Below, one piece after another: positions 8,456 to 19,672 of a stretch of DNA of 64,000 nucleotides. Position numbers and translations under genes: made by a program. Each line of letters begins with the position of its first letter. The stretch's first letter is position 1. The notes under the pieces are model-generated. The model had not been told where the DNA came from. It ran no database searches and saw only the letters and a program-made list of their open reading frames with translations. The DNA comes from Acidobacteriota bacterium (lineage in GTDB: Bacteria > Acidobacteriota > Thermoanaerobaculia > Multivoradales > Multivoraceae), in NCBI GenBank assembly GCA_036337765.1, contig JAYZDP010000139.1, forward strand, positions 13,923-77,922, given 5' to 3'.

Positions 8456-10561
8456 ATGCGGACAAGGATCGAGGTCGCCCTGACCGCCGCTCTGTTGTCG
8501 TGGCTGAGCCCGGCCGCCGCGCTGGCCCAGCAGGGCGCGTATACCCAGGAACAGGTCGAGCGAGGCCGGGCGCTCTATGTCGGCCAGTGCGGTGAGTGCC
8601 ACCAGGCCAACATGGAGGGCGACCGCGAGGCCCCGCCGCTGCGCGGCTCGGTCTTCGTCACGGCATGGGAGAACGACACCTTGGCGGGTATCGCCGACAC
8701 CATCCGTGTGACGATGCCGCCCGAGAGTCGAGGCTCTCTGACCGAGGACGACGCCTTCGACCTCGTCGCCTTCATCCTGTTCGCCAACGGTGCCGCCGCT
8801 GGGGGCGCTGCGCTCGGGGCCGCCACCGCATCGCCGACTCTCGGCGCCGTCGCCGGCGAGCCGCTCGATGTCGCCGACTTGGGGCTCGAGGGCGCGCGCT
8901 GCCAGGATCGTCGCGCCGCGCCCGTTTGGGAAGGCGAGATTGCCGACTACCGGCCGGTGACCGAGGCCGAGCTGCGCGAGCCCTCGCCCGACGACTGGCT
9001 GTCGTGGCGGCGGACGCGCGACAGTCATGGCTACAGCCCGCTCTCCGACATCGACCGCGACAACGTCGGCGGCCTGCGCCTCGAGTGGTCCTGGGCAATG
9101 GCACCGGGCGTCAACCAGCCGACGCCTCTGGTGCGTGACGGGATCATGTTCCTCGCCAACCCGGGCAACATCATCCAAGCCCTCAACGCGACCACCGGCG
9201 ACGTCATCTGGGAGTACCGGCGCGAGTTCACCCACGAGCCGCGCTTCTTCAACCAGCTGCGAAACCTGGCGCTCTTCGACGACAAGATCTTCGTCGCCAC
9301 CCTCGACGCCTACATGGTGGCGCTGGACGCGAGTACCGGAAAGGAGATCTGGGCGACGAAGATCGCCGACGCCGAGAAGGGCTACTCCAACACCAGCGGC
9401 CCGATCGTCGCCCGCGGGCGGGTGATCAACGGCATCGGCGGCTGCGCCCAGTTCTACGCGGACGGCTGCTTCATCACCGCGCACGAGGCCGAAACAGGGC
9501 GCGAGCTCTGGCGCACCTCCACCGTGGCGATGCCCGGCCAGCCCGGCGGTGACACCTGGGGCAACCTCGAGCCGATGTTTCGCGCCGGCGGCGACTCGTG
9601 GATCCCGGGTAGCTACGACGCGGAGCTCGACCTCTTCTTCTGGCCCACTGCCCAGGCGAAGCCCTGGGTGCCCGCGAGCCGCGGCATCGACATCGACCAA
9701 GCGGCGCTCTACACCAACTCGACCCTCGCTCTCGACCCGGCGAGCGGCAAGATCGAGTGGTACCGCCAGCACGTGCCCGGCGAAGCGCTGGACCTCGACG
9801 AGGGCTTCGAGCAGGTGCTTATCGACATCGACGGCGGCCGTTACCTCTTCACCATCGGCAAGCACGGCATCCTGTGGAAGCTAGACCGTGAGAGCGGCGC
9901 GTACGTCGCGCACAAGGAGACGGTGTATCAGGACATCTTCATCAAGATCGACTCGGAGACGGGCGAGGTCACCTACCGCGACGACATCCGCAATGCGAAG
10001 ATCGACGAGTGGATCGACGTCTGCCCGTCAACGGCCGGCGGCCACAACTGGCACGCCATGGGCTACAGCCCCGAGACCGACACAGTGGTGATTCCGCTGT
10101 CGCAGAGCTGCCTGCGGATCGCCGCGCGCAAGGTCGAGTTCGAAGAGGGGTCCGGCGGCAGCGCGGCGCGGCGCGACTGGTTCGAGATGCCTGGCACCGA
10201 CGGCAACGTCGGCAAGCTCGCGGCCTTCGACGTCCGCACGTTGGAGGAAAAGTGGAGCGTCGAGCAACGCGCGTCGTTTCTGACTGCGGCACTGACGACC
10301 GCTGGGAGGCTGGTCTTCGCCGGCGACCTCGGCCGGCGCTTCCGCGCCTTCGATGTGGAGAGCGGAGCCGAGCTGTGGGGCACCCGCCTGCCGACCTCGG
10401 TCCAGGGTTTCCCCGTGAGCTTCCGAGCCGGCGGCAAGCAGTTCATCGCGGTCTCCACCGGCACCGGCGGCGGCAGTCCGCGCATGGTGCCTGCGAGGAT
10501 AAGCCCCGACGTCCGAAATCCCGGCTACGGCAACGCCCTCTACGTGTTCTCCCTGCCGTGA
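8456..10561 (+). CDS. PQQ-dependent dehydrogenase with N-terminal cytochrome c
   Basis: Signal peptide; CGECH; PQQ propeller repeats ([22 protein letters not shown]); C-terminal LYVFSLP. Confidence 0.85.
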   Translation: MRTRIEVALTAALLSWLSPAAALAQQGAYTQEQVERGRALYVGQCGECHQANMEGDREAPPLRGSVFVTAWENDTLAGIADTIRVTMPPESRGSLTEDDAFDLVAFILFANGAAAGGAALGAATASPTLGAVAGEPLDVADLGLEGARCQDRRAAPVWEGEIADYRPVTEAELREPSPDDWLSWRRTRDSHGYSPLSDIDRDNVGGLRLEWSWAMAPGVNQPTPLVRDGIMFLANPGNIIQALNATTGDVIWEYRREFTHEPRFFNQLRNLALFDDKIFVATLDAYMVALDASTGKEIWATKIADAEKGYSNTSGPIVARGRVINGIGGCAQFYADGCFITAHEAETGRELWRTSTVAMPGQPGGDTWGNLEPMFRAGGDSWIPGSYDAELDLFFWPTAQAKPWVPASRGIDIDQAALYTNSTLALDPASGKIEWYRQHVPGEALDLDEGFEQVLIDIDGGRYLFTIGKHGILWKLDRESGAYVAHKETVYQDIFIKIDSETGEVTYRDDIRNAKIDEWIDVCPSTAGGHNWHAMGYSPETDTVVIPLSQSCLRIAARKVEFEEGSGGSAARRDWFEMPGTDGNVGKLAAFDVRTLEEKWSVEQRASFLTAALTTAGRLVFAGDLGRRFRAFDVESGAELWGTRLPTSVQGFPVSFRAGGKQFIAVSTGTGGGSPRMVPARISPDVRNPGYGNALYVFSLP

Positions 10562-11415
10562 CTTCGGGTTGGAAGATCGGCTCGGCGACCGTCACGCCGG
10601 TGATCGAGCTGGAGTGGCCGGTCAAGCCGCATTGGCTCATTCCCGGCGCCACCGCCGAGAATCTCGCCCCCTACGCCGACTGGCTCAAGCCGACCTACGT
10701 AACCGAGGACGACCGGCTGCGGCTGACGATCCAGGCGTTCCTGGTCGAGAGCCGCGGGCAGAAGATCATCATCGACACCTGCATCGGCAACGGCAAGACC
10801 CGCGGCGTGGAGGCCTTCAATCAGCTCGACACGGATTTCGTAGGCAGCATCACGGACGCCAGCTTCCCGCCCGAGAAGGTCGACCTGGTGATCTGCACAC
10901 ACCTGCACGTCGACCACGTCGGCTGGAATACGAAGCTCGTGGGTGGAGCCTGGGTGCCGACGTTTCCCAACGCCCGCTATGTGATGGCCCGCACCGACTA
11001 CGACCACTGGTCGACCCAGACCGACGAGGACATGGGGCGCGAGGTCTTCGCCGACTCGGTGCAGCCGATCTTCGAGCACGGCCTCGCCGACCTGGTGGAG
11101 ATGGACCACGAGATCAACCCCGAGCTGGGCTTCCTGCCGACGCCGGGCCACACGCCAGGCCACTGCAGCGTGACGATCTCGTCGGACGGCGAGGAGGCGG
11201 TGGTGACCGGCGACTGCATCCACCATCCCTCGCAGTGCATGCACCCGGAGTGGGGATGCACGGCCGACCTCGACCCCGAGCGTGCGAACGTGACCCGGAG
11301 GGCGTTCTTGGAGCGCACCGCCGACAGCGGCGTCCTGGTGATCGGCACCCACTTCGCGGCGCCGACGGCAGCCCACATCACCGCCGCGGGTGAGCGATGG
11401 ACGCTCGTGCGGTAG
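10558..11415 (+). CDS. MBL-fold metallo-hydrolase
   Basis: GTG start overlapping the upstream TGA; THLHVDHVG and TPGHTPGH motifs. Confidence 0.88.
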   Translation: MTSGWKIGSATVTPVIELEWPVKPHWLIPGATAENLAPYADWLKPTYVTEDDRLRLTIQAFLVESRGQKIIIDTCIGNGKTRGVEAFNQLDTDFVGSITDASFPPEKVDLVICTHLHVDHVGWNTKLVGGAWVPTFPNARYVMARTDYDHWSTQTDEDMGREVFADSVQPIFEHGLADLVEMDHEINPELGFLPTPGHTPGHCSVTISSDGEEAVVTGDCIHHPSQCMHPEWGCTADLDPERANVTRRAFLERTADSGVLVIGTHFAAPTAAHITAAGERWTLVR

Positions 11416-12581
11416 CGGCCGCAATCGTCGCCCTCACCGCGGCCTGCTCGCCCGCTCCGGCGCCGCCCGCGGAGAGGGCCGGGGACAGGCCGGTGGTGCG
11501 CGTCGCGCTCTTCAACGTGCGCGAACTCTCGGTAGAGAAGATCGAGGTGGTCGACGACACAGGCGCGGGCGAGCACCCCCAGCTGCGCGCCGTAGCCGCG
11601 ATCGTCGCGCGCTATGACCCGGACATCCTGGTGCTGCAGGAGATCGATGCACCCGATGCCACCGGCCCCGCTGGCCCGGCGCAACGCTTCACCGCGCTCT
11701 ATCTCGAAAGCGGCGCCTACCCCTTCGTCTTTTCCGCTCCGACCAACACCGGCACCCTGTCGGGCCTCGACCTCAACGGCGACGGCATCGTCGCCACCGA
11801 CGAGCACCGCGACGACCGCATCCACGGGGACGATGCCTTCGGCTTCGGCACCTACCAGGGTCAGTACGGAATGTCGGTCTTGTCGCGGCACCCGATCCGA
11901 GGCGACGACGCTCGCTCGTTCCAACGCTTCCTGTGGAAGGATTTCCCCGGCAACCACATGCCGCGAGACTTCTACAGCGACGAGGCGACCGCGGTCTTGC
12001 GGCTGTCGAGCAAATCGCATTGGGATGTGCCGCTGGACGTCAACGGAAGGATGCTGCATCTACTCATCAGCCACCCCACGCCGCCTGTCTTCGACGGCGA
12101 CGAGGACCGCAACGGCCGACGCAACTTCGACGAGATCGGCCTCTGGGCCCACTACCTCGACGACGCGGACTGGCTCGGCGACGACAGCGGCCGGTCCGGG
12201 GGGCTTGGCAACGACGACCCCTTCGTCGTCGTCGGCGATCTCAACGCGTCGCCGGACAACGACGTGATCTACGCCGGGCGGGCGTCGATCTCACAGCTCC
12301 TCGACCATCCCCGGGTGCAGGAGTCCGGGCCCAACCTGACGAGTGACCGCGACTTGGAGGAGCGTCGGCCCGGACCGCCCACCCATCTCGAGCGGGCCAC
12401 TGCGAAGTTTCAGGGGGGACACCGCATCGACTACTTACTCCCGTCGGTCGGAACGGAAATCGTCGATGGCGGTGTGCACTGGCCGAACGCAGCCACCGAC
12501 CGGGCCGGCGCCGAGGAGGCGGAGACTGCCTCGGATCACCGCTTCATTTGGCTCGACCTGCGGCTAGGAGAAACCGACTAG
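11397..12581 (+). CDS. Endonuclease/exonuclease/phosphatase family lipoprotein
   Basis: LTAAC lipobox; LQEID, GDLN, RIDY and ASDH motifs. Confidence 0.85.
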   Translation: MDARAVAAAIVALTAACSPAPAPPAERAGDRPVVRVALFNVRELSVEKIEVVDDTGAGEHPQLRAVAAIVARYDPDILVLQEIDAPDATGPAGPAQRFTALYLESGAYPFVFSAPTNTGTLSGLDLNGDGIVATDEHRDDRIHGDDAFGFGTYQGQYGMSVLSRHPIRGDDARSFQRFLWKDFPGNHMPRDFYSDEATAVLRLSSKSHWDVPLDVNGRMLHLLISHPTPPVFDGDEDRNGRRNFDEIGLWAHYLDDADWLGDDSGRSGGLGNDDPFVVVGDLNASPDNDVIYAGRASISQLLDHPRVQESGPNLTSDRDLEERRPGPPTHLERATAKFQGGHRIDYLLPSVGTEIVDGGVHWPNAATDRAGAEEAETASDHRFIWLDLRLGETD

Positions 12582-13997
12582 ATGGATCCGCAGTCCGACA
12601 CGACCGCGCGCTTCGCCCGCTCGACCGGCGCCGCGACCTTCTCGCAGCTGTGGCGAGTAGGCGTCATGTTCGTGACCCAGATAGTCCTGATGCGGCTCAT
12701 CGCGCCGCCGGACTGGGGTCTGTTCGAGTGGACGCTGGCGCTCTTCATGATCCTCGGCGCCGTCCGCGACCTCGGGCTCGTCTACCACGTCGTACGCGTG
12801 CAGCCGCGACCCTACGGCAACCTGCTCGCGGTGGAGCTGGTCTGGGGCGGCGTCCTGGCCGCGGCCGCCTTCGCCGGCGTCGGTGTGCTGGCGCTCGGTT
12901 TCAGCGAGTCCCACGAAAGCGTTGCGCCGGTGCTGCGCCTCTTCTGTCTGGTGCTCCTGCTCGAGGGAGTCGCGGCGGTACCTAAGGTCTACTTCGATGC
13001 CGAGCTCGAGGTCGGACGCACGGTCCTCCCCGAGATCCTCCGCAACCTGACGTTCGCCGCCACGGCCGTCGTTCTGGCCTTGCAGGGGTACGGCGTCTGG
13101 AGCCTGGTCGTGGCCCAGGTCGCGTGCTCCTTCGTCTACGCCGCGCACCTCTGGCTGCGGGCCTACAAGACCATGCCGCTGCATTGGGAGGCGGGCGCGA
13201 CCTGGGAGCTGCTGCGCCACAGCCTGCCGCTGGCGACGATCTGGTTTCTCGCCATCCTGATCCAGCGTATCGATCCGTTGATCCTCGGCACGCAGTTCAC
13301 GCGCGAGACCGTGGGCCTGTACACCCGTGCCTACTTCTTCGCCTTCCTAGTGCGCGCGATCCTCGTTCCCGCGGTGGGGCGCACGCTGTACCCGGCGCTG
13401 GTCGCGTACGCAACGAATCCGCCGCGCCTCCTCGAGGCCTATCGCCTGGCCACGCTCCTGGTGGTGGCGGTCGAGATCACCGGCGGCTACTTCCTCTTTC
13501 TCAACGCCGAAGCGGCACTGAGGCTGGTCGGTGGCGAGGTCTGGGTGTCGGCGGCCCCCTACCTGAAAGTGCTGGCGCTGGCGCCGCTGATCGACCCCTT
13601 CACGCGCCTCGGGGGAGAGGTGCTCAAGGTCTACCGGCGCGATCGGCTGTGGATCGTCGCTTCGGCCCTGACCCTCGCCGCCTTCGTGGCATGCGGCTTC
13701 GCCTTCACCGCCCGGTGGGGCGCCATCGGCATGGCCTGGGCGAACTACCTGCCGCTCGGCGGAGTGCTCATGACCTGGGGCCTGTACCGCATCGCACCCC
13801 GGCCGGTCCGGGTCCTGGCGCGCGACCTGCTGGTGGTCTACCTGGTGCCGATCCCGCTCTTCGCCATCACCTTTGTGCTGGCGGGCGACCGCATCTGGCT
13901 GCGCTTCGGGCTGTCAGCGGCCGCCGCTCTGATCGTGCTCGGCTTCTATGCGCGGCGCTTCGGAGCGCCCTTTCGGGAGTTCTTCCGCCAAGTCTGA
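12582..13997 (+). CDS. Oligosaccharide flippase (Wzx-like)
   Basis: About 12 TM segments; RIDPLILG...VGLY motif; adjacent to sugar-nucleotide genes. Confidence 0.8.
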   Translation: MDPQSDTTARFARSTGAATFSQLWRVGVMFVTQIVLMRLIAPPDWGLFEWTLALFMILGAVRDLGLVYHVVRVQPRPYGNLLAVELVWGGVLAAAAFAGVGVLALGFSESHESVAPVLRLFCLVLLLEGVAAVPKVYFDAELEVGRTVLPEILRNLTFAATAVVLALQGYGVWSLVVAQVACSFVYAAHLWLRAYKTMPLHWEAGATWELLRHSLPLATIWFLAILIQRIDPLILGTQFTRETVGLYTRAYFFAFLVRAILVPAVGRTLYPALVAYATNPPRLLEAYRLATLLVVAVEITGGYFLFLNAEAALRLVGGEVWVSAAPYLKVLALAPLIDPFTRLGGEVLKVYRRDRLWIVASALTLAAFVACGFAFTARWGAIGMAWANYLPLGGVLMTWGLYRIAPRPVRVLARDLLVVYLVPIPLFAITFVLAGDRIWLRFGLSAAAALIVLGFYARRFGAPFREFFRQV

Positions 13998-14000
13998 CGC

Positions 14001-14804
14001 CTACCAACTCTTCCAGGGGGCGCCTTCGGCCCACAGCATGTTCAGATACTGATAGTCGCGGTAGGTGTCCATCGGCTCCCAGCAGCCTTCGTGGCCGTAG
14101 ACCGCGAGCTGATCGTCGCGCGCCAGCTGCTGCAGTGGCTCCAGCTCGAGCAGCAGCTCCGGCTCTTTACCAAGATAGTCGAAGACCTGCTTTTGGAAGA
14201 CGAAGAAACCGCCGCTGACCATGCCGTCGGCGACCGTCGGTTTCTCGTTGAACTCGGTGGCTCGACCGTCGGAGACCACCATCTCGCCGTAGCGCGAGGT
14301 CGGGTGCACGCCGGTGACCGTCGCCGCCCGCGCCTTTTCGAAGTGGTAGGCCAGGAGTCGCTCAATGTCGATGTCGGCTACGGCGTCGCCGTAGGTGAAG
14401 AAGAAGGTGTCGGTGTCGATGTAGTCGCGAACGTTACGTAGGCGCCCTCCGGTGCCAGTCACGTCGCCGGTCTCGGCACAGGTGACCTCCCAGGCCTCTT
14501 CCTCGACCCGGTTGTGGAAGACCGGCGGCTGCTCGCCCCCGAGGGTGACGGTGAAGTCGCGCATCATCTCGTGGAAGCGCAGGAAGTACTGCTTGATCAC
14601 CCAACCCTTGTAACCGAGACACAGAATGAACCGGCGCACACCGAAGTGACCGTAGATCTTCATGATGTGCCAGACGATTGGCATGCCGCCGATCTCCACC
14701 ATCGGCTTCGGCTTGTACTCCGTCTCCTCGCGCAGCCTCGTCCCCTGGCCACCGCAGAGGATGACCAGTGGCAGGTCGGCGGGTTTCGGATGCTCGACGC
14801 TCAT
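14001..14804 (-). CDS. rfbF: Glucose-1-phosphate cytidylyltransferase
   Basis: LCGGQGTRLREETEYKPKPMVEIG; TGGRL; MDTYRD...APWK. Confidence 0.9.
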   Translation of the reverse strand: MSVEHPKPADLPLVILCGGQGTRLREETEYKPKPMVEIGGMPIVWHIMKIYGHFGVRRFILCLGYKGWVIKQYFLRFHEMMRDFTVTLGGEQPPVFHNRVEEEAWEVTCAETGDVTGTGGRLRNVRDYIDTDTFFFTYGDAVADIDIERLLAYHFEKARAATVTGVHPTSRYGEMVVSDGRATEFNEKPTVADGMVSGGFFVFQKQVFDYLGKEPELLLELEPLQQLARDDQLAVYGHEGCWEPMDTYRDYQYLNMLWAEGAPWKSW

Positions 14805-15352
14805 GGTGGGCTCTCCGATTGCGGCTCCGCCTCCGTCGAGACGACGAGCTCGTGGTTGTTCGTCACTTTCGCTCCCGCCGGGATGTCTTGTGTCACCACC
14901 GTGTTGGCACCGATGAACACGTCGTCTTGGATCTCGATATCGCCGATCAACCGCGCCCCGGCCGCGACGAACACCCGGTCGCCGAGCCGTGGCATCTGTG
15001 CGAGCCGCCGCAGGCTCGGCGCCCCGATGGTCACCTGCTGCAGAAGTGTAGCGTCGGCGCCGATGCGCACCCCGGCGCCGATCACCAGGCCTGTTCCGTG
15101 CGAGACCAGCAAGCCGGGGCCGATCGTCGCCGCCGGGGAGATGTCGGCGCCGGTCAGAGTCAGCGACACGCGGGCGATGAACGGCCCGAAGAAGGGAATC
15201 CGCCGATGCCGGAACCAGCTGGCGATGCGATAGAGCACCACCGCCTGATAGCCGTTCTCGAACATCAGCGACTCGACGATGTAGAACGGAAACGGCTTGG
15301 TCTTGAACTGCCGAAGGAGGCGGGTGTCGACCTTGAGGTTGTCGAGCATCAC
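14801..15352 (-). CDS. Serine acetyltransferase-like hexapeptide-repeat acyltransferase
   Basis: LbH repeats (ADISPAATIGPGL, IGANTVVTQDIP). Confidence 0.8.
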   Translation of the reverse strand: MMLDNLKVDTRLLRQFKTKPFPFYIVESLMFENGYQAVVLYRIASWFRHRRIPFFGPFIARVSLTLTGADISPAATIGPGLLVSHGTGLVIGAGVRIGADATLLQQVTIGAPSLRRLAQMPRLGDRVFVAAGARLIGDIEIQDDVFIGANTVVTQDIPAGAKVTNNHELVVSTEAEPQSESPP

Positions 15353-16668
15353 GACACCGGGCTGCCTATGCGGTCGAGGACGCGCTGCGCGGCATCCTCA
15401 CCGCTGGTGAACGACTCGTCGGTCCAGTGATAGCCCCACTCGCCGTAGCGGCCGCAGGTCTCGACTCCGACGTCGGCGAGAAACCCCCTGACCCGATCCA
15501 GCGCCGCGGTTCGATCGTGATCGAAGATGACGTTCGCATAGCGAACCAGGGTGGCGTTGGTGTGCAGGATCGTGTCGTCGTCGCTGAGCACGCTGCAACG
15601 CTTCAGGTCAGCGATGACGGGCTCGATGAGAGCCTCGGGCTCCTCGGTCCGGGGCAGGTACTTGCGCGAGTAGTAGACCTCCGCCTGGACGCTTCCGGAG
15701 CCGGCCGGCACGTTGTTCGGCGACAGCAGATGGGGGTAGTTCACGCGCGTGAAAACGACGTCGCGATCGTAGAAGTAGGTCCAGTGGCAATCCGAGAGGT
15801 CTTCGCGGTCGACACCGACGTTGACCACGATGCACTCGGTACAGGCGAGCCGCTCGGCGGCCGCCTGGACGTCGTCGGGAACGTCCACCACCAACTTGAC
15901 GATCTCAGGGAGCGGCAGTGACGACACCAGGTGGCCGTAGTCCACCTCGGAGTCGTCGGCGAAGCGCATCGTGCGGGACCCGGTGTCGACGCCCACGACG
16001 CAGCACCCGAGGCGCAGCTCGCTCGTGGCGGCGAAGCGCTCTAGGAACGAGACGAATCCGCCCCGTTTCGGGTAGCGGAACTGACTCACATAGTGGACGT
16101 CCGGAGTCGAAGGTGCCAGCGCGCCGCGCAGCACCTCCTCGAGCTCGGGGCGATACAGACGGGGACCGAGCCAGTCGGTCGTCATCTCCTCGGCCGCAGC
16201 GGTGTGGTACTTGCGCCCGTACTGCATCGGAAAGGTCTCGGCAAAGGTCTTGCCGTAGGTCGCGATCAGCCACTCACGATAGTCCTTGGGCTCGGGGTGG
16301 TCTTGCTGCGTCGCAGCGATGAAGTCGACGAGCACGCGGACCACGAGGTCCTCCGGCAGACCATACAGGTTGCACTGCGCGGGGTGCTTGATGCGGTGGC
16401 CGCGCCAGTAGTTGTCGACTCGCGTGGGCGACTCGAGATACTCACCGTCGACGCCCTGAGCGAAGAGCTCCCGAACCCGATCGCTCTTGGTGAACGAGAT
16501 GTGCGGCCCGTCGTCGAAGACGAACCCGGTCGGATGGGCAAACGATGACGCGTGACCGCCGTGGAACGCGTGCTTCTCGAAGATCGCGGTACCGACGCCC
16601 TCGGCGCCGAGGCGATGTGCAGCGCCGAGTCCGGCCATGCCGGCTCCGAGAATGGCGATCTCGGTCAT
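15349..16668 (-). CDS. FAD-dependent oxidoreductase (protoporphyrinogen oxidase/Glf-like, glycan-cluster type)
   Basis: Start ATG 16668; GAGMAG, FDDGPH and GRYGEW motifs. Confidence 0.8.
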   Translation of the reverse strand: MTEIAILGAGMAGLGAAHRLGAEGVGTAIFEKHAFHGGHASSFAHPTGFVFDDGPHISFTKSDRVRELFAQGVDGEYLESPTRVDNYWRGHRIKHPAQCNLYGLPEDLVVRVLVDFIAATQQDHPEPKDYREWLIATYGKTFAETFPMQYGRKYHTAAAEEMTTDWLGPRLYRPELEEVLRGALAPSTPDVHYVSQFRYPKRGGFVSFLERFAATSELRLGCCVVGVDTGSRTMRFADDSEVDYGHLVSSLPLPEIVKLVVDVPDDVQAAAERLACTECIVVNVGVDREDLSDCHWTYFYDRDVVFTRVNYPHLLSPNNVPAGSGSVQAEVYYSRKYLPRTEEPEALIEPVIADLKRCSVLSDDDTILHTNATLVRYANVIFDHDRTAALDRVRGFLADVGVETCGRYGEWGYHWTDESFTSGEDAAQRVLDRIGSPVS

Positions 16669-17594
16669 GGTGCCGCCAGCTCCAAACGGGATCGCCACCA
16701 GTCGATGGTGCGCTCCATCCCCCGCTCCAAAGTGAAGGCCGGTAGCCACCCGACATCGCGCTGCAAACGAACCGTGTCCGCCACTACGGACGAGGCCGCG
16801 TCGGATGCCTCGATGGCTCCGAAGTCGATCATGTCCGCGGCTTGGAGCCCGCTCGCGGCGGCTACGGCCAGATCGCGGACCCGAATCGGGATGCCCGAGC
16901 CGACGTTTAACGGTCCTGCCACGTCGGAGTGGAGCAACGCGACCATGGCATCCGCCACATCCTCCACGTAGAGGAAGTCGCGGAGTTGCACGCCGCTACT
17001 GCACCGAGCCCGCTCGCCCTTCAAAATCGAGCTGATCACGTGACCGACGAGAGTCTCCTCCCGCTGGCCAGGACCGTAGATGAAGAAGATCCTCCCCCAT
17101 GCGCCACTGAGACCGGCCGACTCGACGAACGCCTCAAAGAGCAGGCCCATGGCTCTCTTGCAGGACCCATAGAGCGTCGCTGGCGCTAACTGCGTCGTCG
17201 CCTCGGAGCACGTCCCGTCGCTCCAGTCGTACTCCGCCGACGATCCCGCCATCACGACTCGCTCTCCACCGTTGGCGGCGAAGTGCCGTAGCAGGTCAAA
17301 GCTCGCTTCCACCCAGGCGAAGTTGTGGTCCGAATGGTAGAAGTCGCGCTCCCCGTACCAGGCGAGATGCAGTAGATGGCTCGGCCGGACGGTCTCGACC
17401 AACGCCTTCGCCGCATCGCGATCGAGCAGATCAGCGCGATGCCAAACCGCGCCCGAGCCCTCACCGCCCTCGACTTTCTTCGAGCGTACGGCGTGAACCT
17501 CGAAGCCCGCGCCCGCCAGCCTCTCGATGCAGTGGCGCCCCACGAATCCGCCGGCTCCAGTCAACAGAACCGACTTGGAGCCACGGTCGATCAC
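16665..17594 (-). CDS. NAD-dependent epimerase/dehydratase (probable NDP-4-keto-sugar reductase)
   Basis: TGAGGFVG, HLAW and YGSCK motifs; GTG start with an AGAAGG RBS. Confidence 0.8.
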   Translation of the reverse strand: MIDRGSKSVLLTGAGGFVGRHCIERLAGAGFEVHAVRSKKVEGGEGSGAVWHRADLLDRDAAKALVETVRPSHLLHLAWYGERDFYHSDHNFAWVEASFDLLRHFAANGGERVVMAGSSAEYDWSDGTCSEATTQLAPATLYGSCKRAMGLLFEAFVESAGLSGAWGRIFFIYGPGQREETLVGHVISSILKGERARCSSGVQLRDFLYVEDVADAMVALLHSDVAGPLNVGSGIPIRVRDLAVAAASGLQAADMIDFGAIEASDAASSVVADTVRLQRDVGWLPAFTLERGMERTIDWWRSRLELAAP

Positions 17595-17776
17595 GCCTTC
17601 TATGCCTGAGAACGGAGAGCGAGCGCGGAGAACCCGGCGCCGCAAATGGCAGTCTAGCAGGGGTGACTCGGCACCTCCGAACGCCCGCAAAGCACCTTAC
17701 CAGGCGCTTTCTCAGGGGCATTTCCTCCGTTAACATCGCGCTGACCAGCATCCGCTGGCCGATCGTCTCCCTCGCC

Positions 17777-18715
17777 ATGGAACCGCCATCGACGCCACAG
17801 CCCCGAGTCGTCGCCCTGGTGCTGAACTACAACGGCAAAGAGGTGACGCTGGACTCGATCGGCAGCCTCTTGGCCATGAACTATCCGAACTGTGACGTCG
17901 TTCACATCGACAATGGCTCGACCGACGGCTCGTTCGATGCGGTCGCAGAGCAGTTCCCGGATGCCATCCAGGTCCGGACCGAGGACAACCTGTGGGTGGC
18001 CGGAGGCGCCAATCTCGGCATGCGCTGGGCTCTGGAGCGCGACTACGACTACCTCATGATCCTCAACAACGACATCGAGGTCGAGCCCGAGATGCTGACC
18101 GAGATGGTGGCCGTGGCTGAGAGCGATCCGCAGGTGGGCTGTGTCGGCCCCAAGGCCTACTACTACGGAGACCGTGACCGCATCTGGTCCGCCGGCGGGC
18201 TGATCCGCTTCCGTGAGGCCGGCAGCAAGGAGCGCGGCATGGGGGAGATGGATCGCGGCCAGTACGACCGCACCGAAGAAGTCGAATACATCAACGGCTG
18301 CGCGGTGTTGATGCCGCGCGGGGTGGTGGAAGCGGTCGGGGGCTGGGACCCGAACTACCGACTGGCGCTGGAAGACACCGACTGGTGCCTGCGCATGAAA
18401 ACGCTCGGATACCACTGCATGTACGCCCACAAGGCGATCCTCTGGCACCGGGTCTCGCACACGGTGGGTGGTTACGTCGCGGGGCGTACCTACCAGAGCG
18501 GCCGCAGCACCGCGATTTTGGTCCGTCGACATGGTGGCCTCTGGCAGTGGCTCACCTTCGTCGCGTTCATGTCGGCGGCCCTGCCCATGGCGTTCGTGCG
18601 TGAGCTGATCAAAGGCAATCAGGCCGCCGTCACGGCCAAGCTCCGTGGCGTGGTCGATGGCCTGCGAGCGACCCTTTCCGAGCCACCCAGCTTCAGCTCG
18701 GCTTCGTCGAGCTGA
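17777..18715 (+). CDS. GT2 glycosyltransferase
   Basis: LNYNG, DNGSTDGS, LNND and EDTDWC motifs. Confidence 0.88.
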   Translation: MEPPSTPQPRVVALVLNYNGKEVTLDSIGSLLAMNYPNCDVVHIDNGSTDGSFDAVAEQFPDAIQVRTEDNLWVAGGANLGMRWALERDYDYLMILNNDIEVEPEMLTEMVAVAESDPQVGCVGPKAYYYGDRDRIWSAGGLIRFREAGSKERGMGEMDRGQYDRTEEVEYINGCAVLMPRGVVEAVGGWDPNYRLALEDTDWCLRMKTLGYHCMYAHKAILWHRVSHTVGGYVAGRTYQSGRSTAILVRRHGGLWQWLTFVAFMSAALPMAFVRELIKGNQAAVTAKLRGVVDGLRATLSEPPSFSSASSS

Positions 18716-18728
18716 GCGAGCCAACGTT

Positions 18729-19670
18729 GTGAACGACTCCCTCCGTAACGTCGTCAAGGCGAGCCTGGATTGGATCTCGAGGACCACGAAGATCCAGATC
18801 TGGCGCGACGAGAACCGCTTCTACTCGCCCATCCCAACCCATGCCGAGCTCAAGAGCGGGCGTCAGCTCTGGGACCGGCCGAGCGAGATGATCGGTGTCC
18901 ACCGCGACGTCGCCGCGATGAGACAACGGCTCGAGCGCTTGATGGCAACCTACCGCGACGAGCTCGAGGCGCTGGACGACTACTACGAGGTCAAAAAGAA
19001 GGGGCTCGGCGAGGGCTTCACCATTCTCGATTCGTTCCTCCTCTACGCCATGCTTCGCGATCTGAAGCCCCGCCGCATGATCGAGATCGGCGCGGGCTTC
19101 TGCACTTACTACTCGAGCTCCGCCCTGCAGCAGAACGCCGAAGAGGGCAGGCCCTGCGCGCACACCGTCATCGAGCCGAACCCGTGGCAGGGCCTCCGCG
19201 ACGTCGCAGGCGACCTGGTCGCCAAGCCCGCGCAGGAAGTCCCGCTCGAAACCTTCGCCGAGCTCGAGGAAGGAGACGTGCTCTTCATCGACACGACCCA
19301 CATGGTCAAGATCGGCGGTGAGGTCGTCTTTCTCTACCTGGAGGTGATCCCGCGCCTGAAGCCTGGCGTCGTGGTTCACGCGCACGACATCCACTTTCCA
19401 CACAACACTCCCTACCCGGCGGAGCGCTACATATTCAAGCGGCTCTTCCCCTGGCTCTTCACAGAGGCCGCTTTGCTGCAGGCGTTCTTGGCCTTCAACA
19501 ACGACTACGAGATCCGTGTCTCGAACTCTATGATCCGCCACGACGACCAGCTCGAGGGCGTCGACTCCCTGAGCCAGATCCCGGGGTGCAAGCCGCTCGA
19601 ATGGCGGGACTTCGACACCCACTATGGCTCGATCTGGTTCCAGCGGAAGGTTCCTGGCCAGGGAGCCTGA
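18729..19670 (+). CDS. Class I SAM-dependent methyltransferase (Methyltransf_24-like)
   Basis: IEIGAG, LFIDTTH and LKPGVVVHAHDI motifs. Start is approximate. Confidence 0.8.
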   Translation: MNDSLRNVVKASLDWISRTTKIQIWRDENRFYSPIPTHAELKSGRQLWDRPSEMIGVHRDVAAMRQRLERLMATYRDELEALDDYYEVKKKGLGEGFTILDSFLLYAMLRDLKPRRMIEIGAGFCTYYSSSALQQNAEEGRPCAHTVIEPNPWQGLRDVAGDLVAKPAQEVPLETFAELEEGDVLFIDTTHMVKIGGEVVFLYLEVIPRLKPGVVVHAHDIHFPHNTPYPAERYIFKRLFPWLFTEAALLQAFLAFNNDYEIRVSNSMIRHDDQLEGVDSLSQIPGCKPLEWRDFDTHYGSIWFQRKVPGQGA

Positions 19671-19672
19671 CG

